Numbered from the stretch's first letter, positions 8,630-18,309 are shown. The stretch is 64,000 nt of DNA from Chloroflexota bacterium (GCA_019873685.1 JAIOAT010000001.1:100419-164418), one strand, 5' to 3'. Notes: generated by a model from the letters alone, not told the origin. Numbers and translations: made by a program.

Positions 8630-11600
8630 ATGAGACTCCAGGTGCGTTTAGCTTCCCTTGCATTGTTAAGCGGTCTTGTGGTGCTTATACTGGCAGTCAT
8701 TCCTGGCGTTACCGCCCAGAATCCTACCCCTACGTTAACGCCCACCCCGGTTCCTCTGCCAGCCTGTCAGCTCTACTACGTGACGGTCAACGAAGGCGTA
8801 GTACGCTCCTGTGCAGGAACGGGTTGCAGCAGAGTAGGCGGTGTGCGCAACCAGGAGGTTGTGTGCGTTCTGGGCGTATCAGAAACGCCGGGCTGGCTTC
8901 TGATCGATCTGGAACCCCAGAATGCTGATTCCCCGATTCGCTATATCAGCGCTGACATCGTAGCTCCGGGTTTACCCGGCTATACCGAGGATACTGAGTG
9001 CGAAGCCTGGGAGATCACCGTGCCGGAAGCGATTGTCCGGCGCTGCGCGGCGGAAACCTGCGCTGTGGTGGGTGGGTTGCCCCAGGGCACTCAGATGTGC
9101 GTAAAGGAGTACGGCGGCCAGTACGAGGATTGGCTGTATGTCGACTATTCGAGCTATAGCCCGATGAATGGCTGGGTCTCCGTTGACGTTGCCCAGCGTG
9201 TCCCTGCCGGGATGCCGGTCGTCATTCCTACGCCTAATCGTCCGCTGGTCATCCCAGAGTCGATCCTCAGTAGTGCACAGGCTCAGCCGGTCGCTCTGCA
9301 GGCGACACCCTCGCCAACCACCGGGGTAGAGCTTGCTCCGGCGACTCTCACGCCAACAGCCACCCTTCCAGTTTGCCCGCCAGGAGCGGCGACTGTGGGT
9401 GGAGCGGGTGAACTCCCCGCCTATGCGGCGGAGTACCCATTCCAGTTCACCTATGTTGTGCGTGCTGGAGACACCCTTCAGGGGCTGGCTAACCGCTTCT
9501 CCACAAACATGGATGTGATTCGGCAGGCTAATGCCCTGCAACCAGCCGCGGCCATTCTGGTAGGGCAGCAGCTGATCATTCCGGTGCAAACTGCAGAAGT
9601 CCCGGGACAGATCGTGCAGCCGGTGTCAGCCAGCGTTGGCGCGCCGACATGCGTGACTGCGACGCCCACGCCGATTCTGGCGGCGCCTCAGCAGGTAGTG
9701 GCCAGCGGCCCCTTGATTGCCCAGGATGTCGCGCTGGCTGGCTTCCAGGTGAACAATATCGATCTGGTTTCACCACGGAGCGCCGCACAGTTCCGGCTGG
9801 ACGCGCCCACCGACTGGCAGCTGGACGGCAATAACGTCTTGTACCTCAACCTGGAGTACACACAGAACCTCTCGCCGCTTGCTGATCCCATGCGCCCGCT
9901 GGTGAGCATCCTCAATGTCAGGCTGGATGATACGCTGATTTCCTCCACGACATTGACAGCCGCCAACGTGGGGCTGCAGACGCTGGTGATCCCATTGCCT
10001 TCCTCGCTGCTGGTCACGCCTGACCGGACGAACAGTCATCAGATCAGCATCACCTTCATGGCGGATGATTTCTGTAACAGCAACTCGCTGGCCAGAGCGT
10101 TCATCCGTTCCGACCTGTCATACTTCCACTTCGAATACCACCGGTTATCTCCCAGTCTGGATCTGGCGCGGTACCCGGAGCCGTTCTATCACGGGACGGT
10201 GATTGGCACTGAACCAGAGACGGTGTGGCTGGTCCTGCCGGATGAGCCTTCGCTGGCCGATCTGGAATCTGCGGCGGGTATTGCAGCGGCGCTGGGTCAG
10301 TTGACTTTCGGTGAGCTGCGTATCCGTGCCACGCTGGCTGGCGAGTTGACCGATCAGGTTCGCCGTGAGAACAACCTGCTGCTTGTCGGCGAGATCGGCA
10401 AACATGCCCTGATCGATCAGTTGTACGCCGCCAATGCTCTGCCGACACAGCTCAGTGGCAACGTGGTCAGACTGAACGGCCAGGACATAGCTGAATCGGT
10501 CGGGCTTGTTCAACTCATCGCCAACCCGGACAACCCCATGCGCGCCATCGGGGTCGCTACCGGCCTGAACGAGGCGGCGCTGCGCAAAGCGGCCCAGGCG
10601 CTTTCTGGCCCTCCGTCGGTGTTGAGCCTGGGCGGACCGCTGGCGCTGGTCAGCGATGTGCGCCCCAAGGCGGCAGTCCCGGTTGGGATGCGCACGGAAA
10701 CCACCCTGACCTTTGCCGAGCTGGGCGTGACGCAGATGCTGCTGGCCGGGATCGGCACGCAGACGGCCAATGTCAGGTTTACGGCGCCTGCCAGCGCGAC
10801 GATCGCCCCGGATGCTGCAGTTGACCTGATCTTCACCTATTCCGGGGCGCTTGGCCGGGGTTCGACAGTGACGGTGTTGATAAACAACACGCCCATCGCC
10901 AGCACGCTGCTGGCCCTGGAGTCGGTTACTGGCGGTGTAGTGCACGAGACTGATGAATTGGGCCGCAATCACCTGCGGGGGCGTATCCCGCCGGAGAGTA
11001 TCCAGCCTGGCGCTGAGAACACGCTGACTATCCTGGTGAATGGCATCGACAGTAACCCGGATGACTGTGTATTCCCCGACCCGCTGGTGGCCTGGTTCAA
11101 TGTCAGTCCGGAGAGTTCGATCTTCCTGCCTACCCAGGCAGCAGAGCCGGCAGCTGTAACGCCTCTGGTCAGCTGGTTCCCGGTGCCGTTCACCTCGCTA
11201 CCTGATCTCAGTGATGTGCTGGTGTCGTTGCCGCGGGCGGCGGGCGCTACTGAGATCGAACAGGGTCTGCGGATGGTGGCGCGTCTTGGCGCGGAGACCG
11301 TTGGCGGGGAAGCGTTCCGTCCGCGGTTCGCCGTTGGTGACCTGCCGGAAGGGGTCGACCTGGCTCAGTATCATCTGATCGTTATCGGACGACCGTCCAC
11401 CAATCCGCTGCTGGCGGCCCTCAACGCTAATCTGCCGCAGCCGTTCATCCCGGGTACGGATATACTTGAGCAGAAGTTGGATGACGTAGTCTACCAGTTA
11501 CCACCCGGCTACGATGTTGGGTTGCTGGAGATGATCAAGTCACCCTGGGCGCCGGAGCGGGCCATTCTGGTCATCGCCGGGCTGGGCGACCGCGGTCAGG

Positions 11601-12070
11601 CGGATGCAGTGCGCGCTCTGGCGGATAACGTCTACTGGCGCGGAGACCTGGAAGGCGATGTGGTGTTTGTCTCGCCGAACACGATCGCCGTGATTGACAC
11701 GCGCACAGTGTATGCGCAGGAAGATCTGGTAACCGCGTTGCCAGAGCTGGCTACCCAGTCGGTTATAGCAGCTCAGGCGACGAGCACGCCCATCCCGGTC
11801 TATACAGTAACACCAGGCCCAACGCCTACGGCAACAGCGACCAACACACCGACGCCGGTCGTTACCGCAACGCCGATTGTTCCCTTGCCATCACCGACGG
11901 CGCCGACGCCGATCCCGACCTTCCCGCCGCTTGATCCGGAGCAACTGCAGCCTGCCCGGATCGGTCAGCCAGAGTGGGTCAATATCCTGCTGGTTGTTAC
12001 AGCGGTTGTGCTGGTCACCACGATACTGTTTGGTATCCTGGTCGCCGTACGTTCGCGGAGGCGCCCTTGA
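8630..12070 (+). CDS. Secreted, C-terminally membrane-anchored BcsB-like protein with two Cys-containing SH3b-like modules and a LysM domain
   Basis: 1146 aa. Signal peptide, then two about 70-aa modules each with 4 Cys (CQLYYVTV...CAGTGC...VVCVLG; CEAWEITV...CAAETC...QMCVKEYG). LysM is YVVRAGDTLQGLANRFSTNMDVIRQANAL...GQQLIIP (from nt 9452). Two BcsB-like repeats follow (FRLDAPTDWQLDGNNVLYLNLEYTQNLSP...ILNVRLDDTLISSTTL...DDFCNSNS...DLARYPEPF; VRFTAPASATIAPDAAVDLIFTYSGAL...VTVLINNTPIAS). A PT-rich linker and a C-terminal TM (WVNILLVVTAVVLVTTILFGILVAV) match the single C-terminal anchor of BcsB. Confidence 0.6.
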   Translation: MRLQVRLASLALLSGLVVLILAVIPGVTAQNPTPTLTPTPVPLPACQLYYVTVNEGVVRSCAGTGCSRVGGVRNQEVVCVLGVSETPGWLLIDLEPQNADSPIRYISADIVAPGLPGYTEDTECEAWEITVPEAIVRRCAAETCAVVGGLPQGTQMCVKEYGGQYEDWLYVDYSSYSPMNGWVSVDVAQRVPAGMPVVIPTPNRPLVIPESILSSAQAQPVALQATPSPTTGVELAPATLTPTATLPVCPPGAATVGGAGELPAYAAEYPFQFTYVVRAGDTLQGLANRFSTNMDVIRQANALQPAAAILVGQQLIIPVQTAEVPGQIVQPVSASVGAPTCVTATPTPILAAPQQVVASGPLIAQDVALAGFQVNNIDLVSPRSAAQFRLDAPTDWQLDGNNVLYLNLEYTQNLSPLADPMRPLVSILNVRLDDTLISSTTLTAANVGLQTLVIPLPSSLLVTPDRTNSHQISITFMADDFCNSNSLARAFIRSDLSYFHFEYHRLSPSLDLARYPEPFYHGTVIGTEPETVWLVLPDEPSLADLESAAGIAAALGQLTFGELRIRATLAGELTDQVRRENNLLLVGEIGKHALIDQLYAANALPTQLSGNVVRLNGQDIAESVGLVQLIANPDNPMRAIGVATGLNEAALRKAAQALSGPPSVLSLGGPLALVSDVRPKAAVPVGMRTETTLTFAELGVTQMLLAGIGTQTANVRFTAPASATIAPDAAVDLIFTYSGALGRGSTVTVLINNTPIASTLLALESVTGGVVHETDELGRNHLRGRIPPESIQPGAENTLTILVNGIDSNPDDCVFPDPLVAWFNVSPESSIFLPTQAAEPAAVTPLVSWFPVPFTSLPDLSDVLVSLPRAAGATEIEQGLRMVARLGAETVGGEAFRPRFAVGDLPEGVDLAQYHLIVIGRPSTNPLLAALNANLPQPFIPGTDILEQKLDDVVYQLPPGYDVGLLEMIKSPWAPERAILVIAGLGDRGQADAVRALADNVYWRGDLEGDVVFVSPNTIAVIDTRTVYAQEDLVTALPELATQSVIAAQATSTPIPVYTVTPGPTPTATATNTPTPVVTATPIVPLPSPTAPTPIPTFPPLDPEQLQPARIGQPEWVNILLVVTAVVLVTTILFGILVAVRSRRRP

Positions 12071-12288
12071 TGCTCCGCAGGATTTTCAGGACGATCCTGA
12101 TCATTCTGCTGGGGATGGTCATTGGCTGTGAAGCAACCAGTGCGCAGAATGCACCGCTGACATGGTGGGTGGTGGGTAGTACGGTAAAGGTGCTGCCCAC
12201 TACCGCTCCGCCTGCACAGCCAGGCACGGCGGGAATATGCCCCTTTCCAGATCGTGCTGCGCGCCAACCAGATCGCGCTCAAGTTTGA
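12070..12288 (+). other. Signal-peptide-encoding 5' fragment of the downstream DUF4091-like gene, separated from it by an apparent +1 frameshift
   Basis: The ATG at 12070 overlaps the upstream stop (TGATG). It encodes MLRRIFRTILIILLGMVIGCEATSAQNAPLTWWVVGSTVKVLPTT..., then runs out of frame. The frame of 12254-14242 is open back to 12188 and reads LRLHSQARREYAPFQIVLRA. Confidence 0.55.
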
Positions 12289-14242
12289 CGCGCTTTCTGT
12301 GGCTTACCCTGAGCAGTACTTCAGCCTGCAGCTCTACCGCGAGCAGTATGTGCCCCTGTTGCACGTTCCGGACCCGGAGATTGTCTCGCTGGCCCGTCTA
12401 ACAGACGCAGGCGCGATCCCGGATGGGTTGCGCCCACTTGATGGCCCCGTGGAGGTGCGGACTGAGCAGCCCACGGTCATCTGGGCTGATCTCTATGTGC
12501 AACCGGAGACTCCGCCGGGGGACTATACGCTAACGCTGACCATCAAAGGTATGGGCGAACGCCGTGTCACGGTTCGCGTGTACCCGGTCGATCTGGGACC
12601 GCAAACGGCAGTGAGTGTGATCATCCCTGAAGATGCTGGCTGGACAATCCCGTTCTTTGGCGGTGATGATCCGGCGGCTTTTCACCGGGCGATGAATTCG
12701 TTGCTGATCGAACATGGCATAGTACCGGGGACTCTTGTGGCCCGGCCTGTTATGACGGCTGAGGGCTGGGATTTTTCACCGCTGGATGCGGAACTGGATG
12801 CGCTTCCGGCGGGGGCCTCCTTCTATGCGCCACTGCCGTACGACGATTCCTCCGGGCAGTATCTATTGCGGGATGAGCGTGGCCTGCCCTACCAGCAGGC
12901 AATGTTCGACGATCCTCATTTTGTCCGGCAGGCGGAGGCTTTCTTCCGGGCGCTGGCGGAATATCTGGGCGGCAAAGGTCGCCTGGAAGGGGCGCTGGTA
13001 TACCCAGATGATGAAACGCGCTGGGTTGGTGATGAACCGTGGCATGCCGGGCCGCGTGGATATGCCCGGTTGGCTCAGTGGACGGCAATAGCGCGGGCGG
13101 CGGGGCTGCGCGTGACCGCCTCCGGCGTGGACCCGGTGCCGCCCGGCCCGGCTGAACTTGGCTGGCTGGACCCCGATCTGGTGACTGATGACACCCATGT
13201 GCATGTGGACGTGCTGGATGCCGCGCCAGAGGTCTTTGCTGCCTGGATGTCCAGGCCGGGCAAGAGCAGCAGTGTATACCTGAATGAATACGGTGACCTG
13301 ATTGACCTGACGGCAGCGCTCCAGCGTGGGCTGATCTGGCATGTCTATGCCAGGGGCGTACGGATGATCGCCGGATATTCGGCGCTGGAGTGGGTGAGCA
13401 GCGAAGACTACGATCTGGTGGATCCGTGGCAGGACGTGACGGCGCTGTACCCGGTATCAGGCTACGGCGGTGGAGCGCTGGTCTGGCCGGGACCGCTGCC
13501 CTCAATCCGCCTGAAGCTGTTGCGGGAGGGCCTGGAAGACGCTCGTTTGCTGGACCTGTATGCACGGGCAACTAGCCTTGAGGAGGCCCGCGATCTGGCC
13601 GGGCAACTCACCCCCGGCGCGCTGGCTTACCAGAACCCGTCGGCTGACCTCTGGGACCAGGCGCATGAAGCCCTGCTGGCGGCGCTGACGGAGGGTGGAC
13701 GGGCGGACTTCAGCAGCTTCCGTCCACTGCCAATGACCGTCACCCAGGAACACCTGCTGATCGATTTTGACCGGCTTGGCCAGGCGGAAGAATGGGAATT
13801 CACCGACGTGACGGCTGAAGCCGTTGAATCGCCATGGGCGGAAAGCGACCAGGCTCTTCGTCTCACCTTCGAATCGGATGCTAACGAGGCCGGGTTGTGG
13901 TTAGGAACTTCGGACTGGGATGGGTGGCAGGCGTTGCAGTTCAACGTCAAGAGTCTCAGCCCGTACTTCACCACGCTTGATGTTGGTCTCACGGATGCAG
14001 ACGGTCATTACCTGCTAGTGCCGGACAAGGGATTGCTGCTTGGACCAAACGCGGACATGACCGTCACCCTGCCGCTGTTGATTCCTCTGGACGAAACGGA
14101 GCCATTTGACTGGTCGCAGATCAAGTATCTCAGCCTGCAGGTGGCAACCTCATACGAAGCACGGGATGGATTCGGTCAGCGGGGAGTCTATCCACTGGGG
14201 AGCCGCACCCTGATTCTTGACAATTTCAGGCTGGTGAAATGA
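12254..14242 (+). CDS. DUF4091-like putative glycoside hydrolase (GH123-like); probably the 3' part of a frameshifted gene starting at 12070
   Basis: 662 aa from a GTG start. Family-like motifs EYAPFQIVLRA (just upstream, in the same frame) and LKLLREGLEDARLLDLY near the C-terminal third. As called, it has no signal peptide. Confidence 0.5.
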   Translation: MLRANQIALKFDALSVAYPEQYFSLQLYREQYVPLLHVPDPEIVSLARLTDAGAIPDGLRPLDGPVEVRTEQPTVIWADLYVQPETPPGDYTLTLTIKGMGERRVTVRVYPVDLGPQTAVSVIIPEDAGWTIPFFGGDDPAAFHRAMNSLLIEHGIVPGTLVARPVMTAEGWDFSPLDAELDALPAGASFYAPLPYDDSSGQYLLRDERGLPYQQAMFDDPHFVRQAEAFFRALAEYLGGKGRLEGALVYPDDETRWVGDEPWHAGPRGYARLAQWTAIARAAGLRVTASGVDPVPPGPAELGWLDPDLVTDDTHVHVDVLDAAPEVFAAWMSRPGKSSSVYLNEYGDLIDLTAALQRGLIWHVYARGVRMIAGYSALEWVSSEDYDLVDPWQDVTALYPVSGYGGGALVWPGPLPSIRLKLLREGLEDARLLDLYARATSLEEARDLAGQLTPGALAYQNPSADLWDQAHEALLAALTEGGRADFSSFRPLPMTVTQEHLLIDFDRLGQAEEWEFTDVTAEAVESPWAESDQALRLTFESDANEAGLWLGTSDWDGWQALQFNVKSLSPYFTTLDVGLTDADGHYLLVPDKGLLLGPNADMTVTLPLLIPLDETEPFDWSQIKYLSLQVATSYEARDGFGQRGVYPLGSRTLILDNFRLVK

Positions 14243-15357
14243 CAGGCAGGCGAGACTACAGCGTGCTGCTGGTGGATCTGGCGCGGGCCTATGGAGGCGC
14301 GGAAGTCCGCGTGCTCACCCAGGCCAGGGCCTTGCAGGATGACGTGGCGCGGTGCGCTGTAGCCACGCTGGCGGGCAGCCCGCTGCACCAGCGATTGTTG
14401 GCAGAAGGGCTGCCGGTTGAGACGATTGCCATCCAGCGTGGCAACCCGGTTATGGCCGGTGTGTTGCGCCGAACCATCCGCGCGGGCCGTTATCAGATCG
14501 TTGATGCCCACAATGTGCAGTCCATCCTGTGGGGGCATCTGGCGGCGCTGCTGGCCGGGGCGCGGGGACGGGTGGCGACGATCCACAGCGATTATGGCCG
14601 GGAATATCCTGGCGCAAAAGGGATATTTTATCGCAGTGTGCTCTGGCTCGACCGGTTTCTGGCCCGGCAGTACATCACTGTGACCGATGTGCTGCAGGCC
14701 AGCCTGACGGCCCGTGGCGATGGTTCCCGCAGTACCCTGATCTACAATGCGGTGCCCGTGCCGGAGGTGCCGTTGCGGTCGGTTGATCCGGTCATGCGTC
14801 CTGCATGGGGGTTTGGCGCAGAGGATTTTGTAGTGGCGATCATCGCCCGCCTGAAGCCGGTCAAGGGTCACCGGTATCTGCTGGAGGCCCTGGCGCGTCT
14901 GGCGGATCTGCCGCACATGAAGCTGCTGGTGGTGGGCGATGGCCCGCTGCGCCCGGCGCTGGAAGCGCAGGCGAATACGCTGGGGATTGCAGAGCGCGTG
15001 CACTTCTGTGGTTTCGTGGAGGATATCCCGGCGATCTTGCAGTCGGTCGATGCCGTCTGCCTGCCATCGCTGTCGGAGGCGCTGCCGTATGTGCTGCTGG
15101 AGGCAGCTGCTTACGCCCGGCCATTGGTGGTCACACAGGTCGGCGGGATGGCAACGCTCCTGCAGGATGGCGAGACGGCGCGTGTCGTGCCGCCACAGGA
15201 TGCAGCAGCCCTGGCGGAAGCCCTGCGCTGGGTAGCCACGCATCCTGTCGAGCGACAGGCGATGGGACTGGCGGCTTACGCGCTGGTCAAGCGTGCGTTC
15301 AGTGTGGAGACGATGGTGGCGAAGACGCTGCAAGTCTACGATCGGGCGCTGGCATGA
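14239..15357 (+). CDS. Family 4 glycosyltransferase (GT-B, retaining)
   Basis: 372 aa. EX7E-type C-terminal motif (LPSLSEALPYVLLEAAAYARPLVVTQVGG). The start overlaps the upstream stop (ATGA). Confidence 0.8.
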   Translation: MTGRRDYSVLLVDLARAYGGAEVRVLTQARALQDDVARCAVATLAGSPLHQRLLAEGLPVETIAIQRGNPVMAGVLRRTIRAGRYQIVDAHNVQSILWGHLAALLAGARGRVATIHSDYGREYPGAKGIFYRSVLWLDRFLARQYITVTDVLQASLTARGDGSRSTLIYNAVPVPEVPLRSVDPVMRPAWGFGAEDFVVAIIARLKPVKGHRYLLEALARLADLPHMKLLVVGDGPLRPALEAQANTLGIAERVHFCGFVEDIPAILQSVDAVCLPSLSEALPYVLLEAAAYARPLVVTQVGGMATLLQDGETARVVPPQDAAALAEALRWVATHPVERQAMGLAAYALVKRAFSVETMVAKTLQVYDRALA

Positions 15358-16397
15358 GCAAAGTACAGATTGCCTTTAAGGTCCTTATGGCGCTTAAAGC
15401 TCCCCGGTTGCTGGATGCTTACTGGGGAGCCGAACGACTGACTGTGCTGGCCTACCATCGGATTGCGGATCCAACTGCACCGGGGTTTAAGTACGATCCG
15501 CCGGTTGTGAGCGCTACACCGGAGAAGTTCGCCCTGCAGATGGCGTATATCCGGGAGCATTTCAATGTGGTTGATCTGGAAGCGGTGAACGCCTTCCTGC
15601 ATCATGGCAGGAGTCTACCACCGCGCCCGCTGCTCATCACGTTTGACGACGGGTATCTGGATAACTACACCCACGCCTATCCGGTCTTGAAGCGCCACGG
15701 TTTTCCTGCGGTGATCTTCCTCCTGACCAGCCGCATGGATAACCCGTTGCCAGCGTGGTGGGACGAGTGTGCCCATTACTTCCATCACACCCAGCGGCAG
15801 GCCGCTACTCTACCTTTGATAGGCGAGCGCGACCTGTCGTCTCCGGCGTTACGCCGGGCAGCGCGTGAGGCGCTGGTAAGGCAGCTCAAGCGCATCCCTG
15901 AGGCAGAGAAGCTGGCCGCGCTCCGGCAGACGGGCGAAGCGCTGCAGGTTGATCCGCCGGGTCCTGATCCCGATCTGTTTATGACCTGGGATCATGTGCG
16001 TGAACTCGTGAGCGCGGGGATTGCCTGCCAGCCGCACACGGTCAATCATCCGATTCTGGCGCGCGTTGATGAGGAAACTCAGCGACGTGAAATCGTCGGC
16101 TCGTGCGAGCGGATTCGGGAGGAAACCGGCCAGACGATCAGCGCGTTTGCCTACCCCAACGGCGGCGTGGGCGACTACACAGCGACCACTATGCGCCTGT
16201 TGCAGCAAGCCGACATCAGAACGGCATTCACGCTACTGGCAGGCCCGGTGCGCCCACAGGTGGCCCGGCAGCATCCGCTGGAGATCCCGCGGGTGTACCT
16301 CGGCGGGCGCGATACCGTGGAGCGGTTTGTGTTCAAAGTGATGGGTTTGCCAGCGTTGATGGAACGCCCGCGCTTCATCGGCCAGGCTGTGGTGTAG
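15354..16397 (+). CDS. Polysaccharide deacetylase (carbohydrate esterase family 4)
   Basis: The true start is ATG 15354 (ATGA overlap with the GT4 stop). The track ORF 14805-16397 carries an out-of-frame N-terminal extension. NodB-type motifs LTVLAYHRI, LLITFDDGYLDNYTHAYPVLKRHGFPAVIFL, QPHTVNHP. Confidence 0.8.
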   Translation: MSKVQIAFKVLMALKAPRLLDAYWGAERLTVLAYHRIADPTAPGFKYDPPVVSATPEKFALQMAYIREHFNVVDLEAVNAFLHHGRSLPPRPLLITFDDGYLDNYTHAYPVLKRHGFPAVIFLLTSRMDNPLPAWWDECAHYFHHTQRQAATLPLIGERDLSSPALRRAAREALVRQLKRIPEAEKLAALRQTGEALQVDPPGPDPDLFMTWDHVRELVSAGIACQPHTVNHPILARVDEETQRREIVGSCERIREETGQTISAFAYPNGGVGDYTATTMRLLQQADIRTAFTLLAGPVRPQVARQHPLEIPRVYLGGRDTVERFVFKVMGLPALMERPRFIGQAVV

Positions 16398-16443
16398 GGC
16401 ACAGGGCCTGGACGCCTTCGCCTGCAGCTAACCCTTACGAGAC

Positions 16444-18309
16444 TTAGCGGTCGGCTTTTTCATCCGCCAGCAGCTTTTCCCGCCGCTTGAGCTGCTTCAT
16501 GCGTTGCTCTGGATCGAGGATGCGCTTGCGCAGCCGCAGGCTCTGGGGCGTCACTTCCAGCAGCTCATCTTCAGCCATGAATTCGATGAAGTCATCGAGG
16601 CTCATCTCCCGCACCGGCTTGAGCCGCAATTCCTCGGCGTAGTTGCGGGTATGCACGGCGGTCAGGTTCTTGGTCTTGTTCACGTTGATGTCCAGGTCTT
16701 CGGCGCGGATGTGTTCCCCAACGACCTGACCACGATAGACCTCGGTGCCGGGCGTGATGAAGAAGGTGCCGCGTTGTTGCAGGTGGGTCATCGCATAGTT
16801 GACTGCAGTGCCGGTTTCGAAGGCGACCAGGCTCCCGAACTGGCGGCGGGGCGGATCGCCGGGCAGGACGGGCGCATAACCGTGGAACAGCGTATTGAAC
16901 TGGCCCAGACCGCCGGTAGCCCGCACAAACTGCGACTGAAAGCCCAGCAGGAAGCGGGTGGGCACCAGATAGCGCAGATAGGTTGTGCCGTTCTCGCTCT
17001 GCATGTCGAGGAGTTGTCCGCGCCGCGCCCCGATCAATTCGAAGATCGTACCGGTCAGATCGTCGGCGATCTCGATGTGGACTTCCTCGATCGGCTCGAG
17101 TAGCTCGCCAGTGTCCGGATCAGTGCGGAAGATCACTTCCGGCTTGCTGACTTCAAACTCGTACCCTTCGCGGCGCATGGTTTCGATCAGGATGGCCAGG
17201 TGTAGCTCCCCCCGGCCACTGACGATGAAGCGGTCGGGCGTCTGGCCATCTTCAACCCGCAGCGCCACGTTGCTGCGCATTTCGTTATACAGGCGCTCCC
17301 GCAGGCGGCGGGATGTGCCCCAACCTGGCTTGCCTTCCCGACCGGCGAATGGCGACGTGTTGACGCCAAAGGTCATGCGCACGGTGGGCTGCTCCACGCT
17401 GATCACCGGCAACGGCGTGGTGATTGAGGGGTCGGCGATGGTGTCGCTGATGTTGATGGTTTCCAGTCCGGCAAAGGCTACGATGTCCCCCGCCTGCGCT
17501 GTCTCCACTTCCAGGCGTTCCAGGTTGTGGTAGGTGAACAGGTATTCCAGCCGCCCCGGGGTGCGCTGACCGTCTGGCGCGATACGCACGATGGGCATTC
17601 CGCGCTTCAGCATTCCCGCCCGCAGCCGACCAACGCCGATCTGGCCTTTATAGTTGTCGTATTCCAGGGTGGTTACCTGCAGCAAAGCAGGCGCTTCCGG
17701 TTCGCAGACAGGGCCGGGAATCTCCCGGAGGATGGTTTCGAAGAGAGGTGTCAGGTCGTCTGCGATCGCATCCGGGCTGTAGCCGGCGCGGCCCTCCAGC
17801 CCGATGGCGTAGACAACCGGGAAGTCGGCCTGTTCATCGCTGGCGCCCAGTTCCAGGAACAGGTCAAAGGTCTTATTGAGGGCCTCGTTGGAGCGGGCAA
17901 ACGGACGGTCGATCTTGTTGATCACGACAATAACCCGCAGACCGAGCGCCAGCGCTTTACGCAGGACAAAGCGAGTCTGGGGCATTGGCCCTTCCACGGC
18001 ATCGACGAGCAGCAGGGCGCCGTCAACCATGTTAAGGACGCGCTCCACTTCTCCGCCAAAATCGGCATGGCCGGGTGTGTCGACGATGTTGATCTTGACC
18101 CCATGCCAGGTGATAGCCGTGTTTTTGGCCAGGATGGTGATCCCGCGTTCACGCTCCAGGGCGTTGGAATCGAGGATGCGTTCCCCGGTAGGAGCGCCTT
18201 CCCGGAAGACTTTGGCCTGCTTGAGCATGCCATCGACCAGGGTTGTCTTGCCGTGGTCAACATGGGCGATGATGGCAATGTTGCGGAGATCGGTGCGTAC
18301 CTGAGTCAT
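16444..18309 (-). CDS. typA: Translational GTPase TypA/BipA
   Basis: [26 protein letters not shown] (G1), [14 protein letters not shown] (G3), VVINKIDR (G4), EF-G-like domains. The start is trimmed to ATG 18309; the track ORF extends 34 codons further upstream. Confidence 0.95.
   Translation of the reverse strand: MTQVRTDLRNIAIIAHVDHGKTTLVDGMLKQAKVFREGAPTGERILDSNALERERGITILAKNTAITWHGVKINIVDTPGHADFGGEVERVLNMVDGALLLVDAVEGPMPQTRFVLRKALALGLRVIVVINKIDRPFARSNEALNKTFDLFLELGASDEQADFPVVYAIGLEGRAGYSPDAIADDLTPLFETILREIPGPVCEPEAPALLQVTTLEYDNYKGQIGVGRLRAGMLKRGMPIVRIAPDGQRTPGRLEYLFTYHNLERLEVETAQAGDIVAFAGLETINISDTIADPSITTPLPVISVEQPTVRMTFGVNTSPFAGREGKPGWGTSRRLRERLYNEMRSNVALRVEDGQTPDRFIVSGRGELHLAILIETMRREGYEFEVSKPEVIFRTDPDTGELLEPIEEVHIEIADDLTGTIFELIGARRGQLLDMQSENGTTYLRYLVPTRFLLGFQSQFVRATGGLGQFNTLFHGYAPVLPGDPPRRQFGSLVAFETGTAVNYAMTHLQQRGTFFITPGTEVYRGQVVGEHIRAEDLDINVNKTKNLTAVHTRNYAEELRLKPVREMSLDDFIEFMAEDELLEVTPQSLRLRKRILDPEQRMKQLKRREKLLADEKADR

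Noticed and set aside
14188-15333. 381-aa minus-strand ORF covering the GT4 gene
   Set aside because: It is antisense to a well-supported GT4 CDS. The translation is Arg/His/Gln/Pro-rich low complexity with no motif. It is the typical stop-poor antisense frame of high-GC coding DNA.
14805-15353. N-terminal 183 codons of the 530-aa track ORF 14805-16397
   Set aside because: This part is out of frame over the GT4 gene and is Gly/Ala/Arg-rich. The deacetylase homology begins at ATG 15354, which overlaps the GT4 stop. Similar upstream over-extensions were trimmed for typA, the oxidoreductase, the M1 peptidase, hppA, lysS, copA, csoR, the M20 peptidase, the CBS protein, the PLP enzyme, the SBP and the GNAT.
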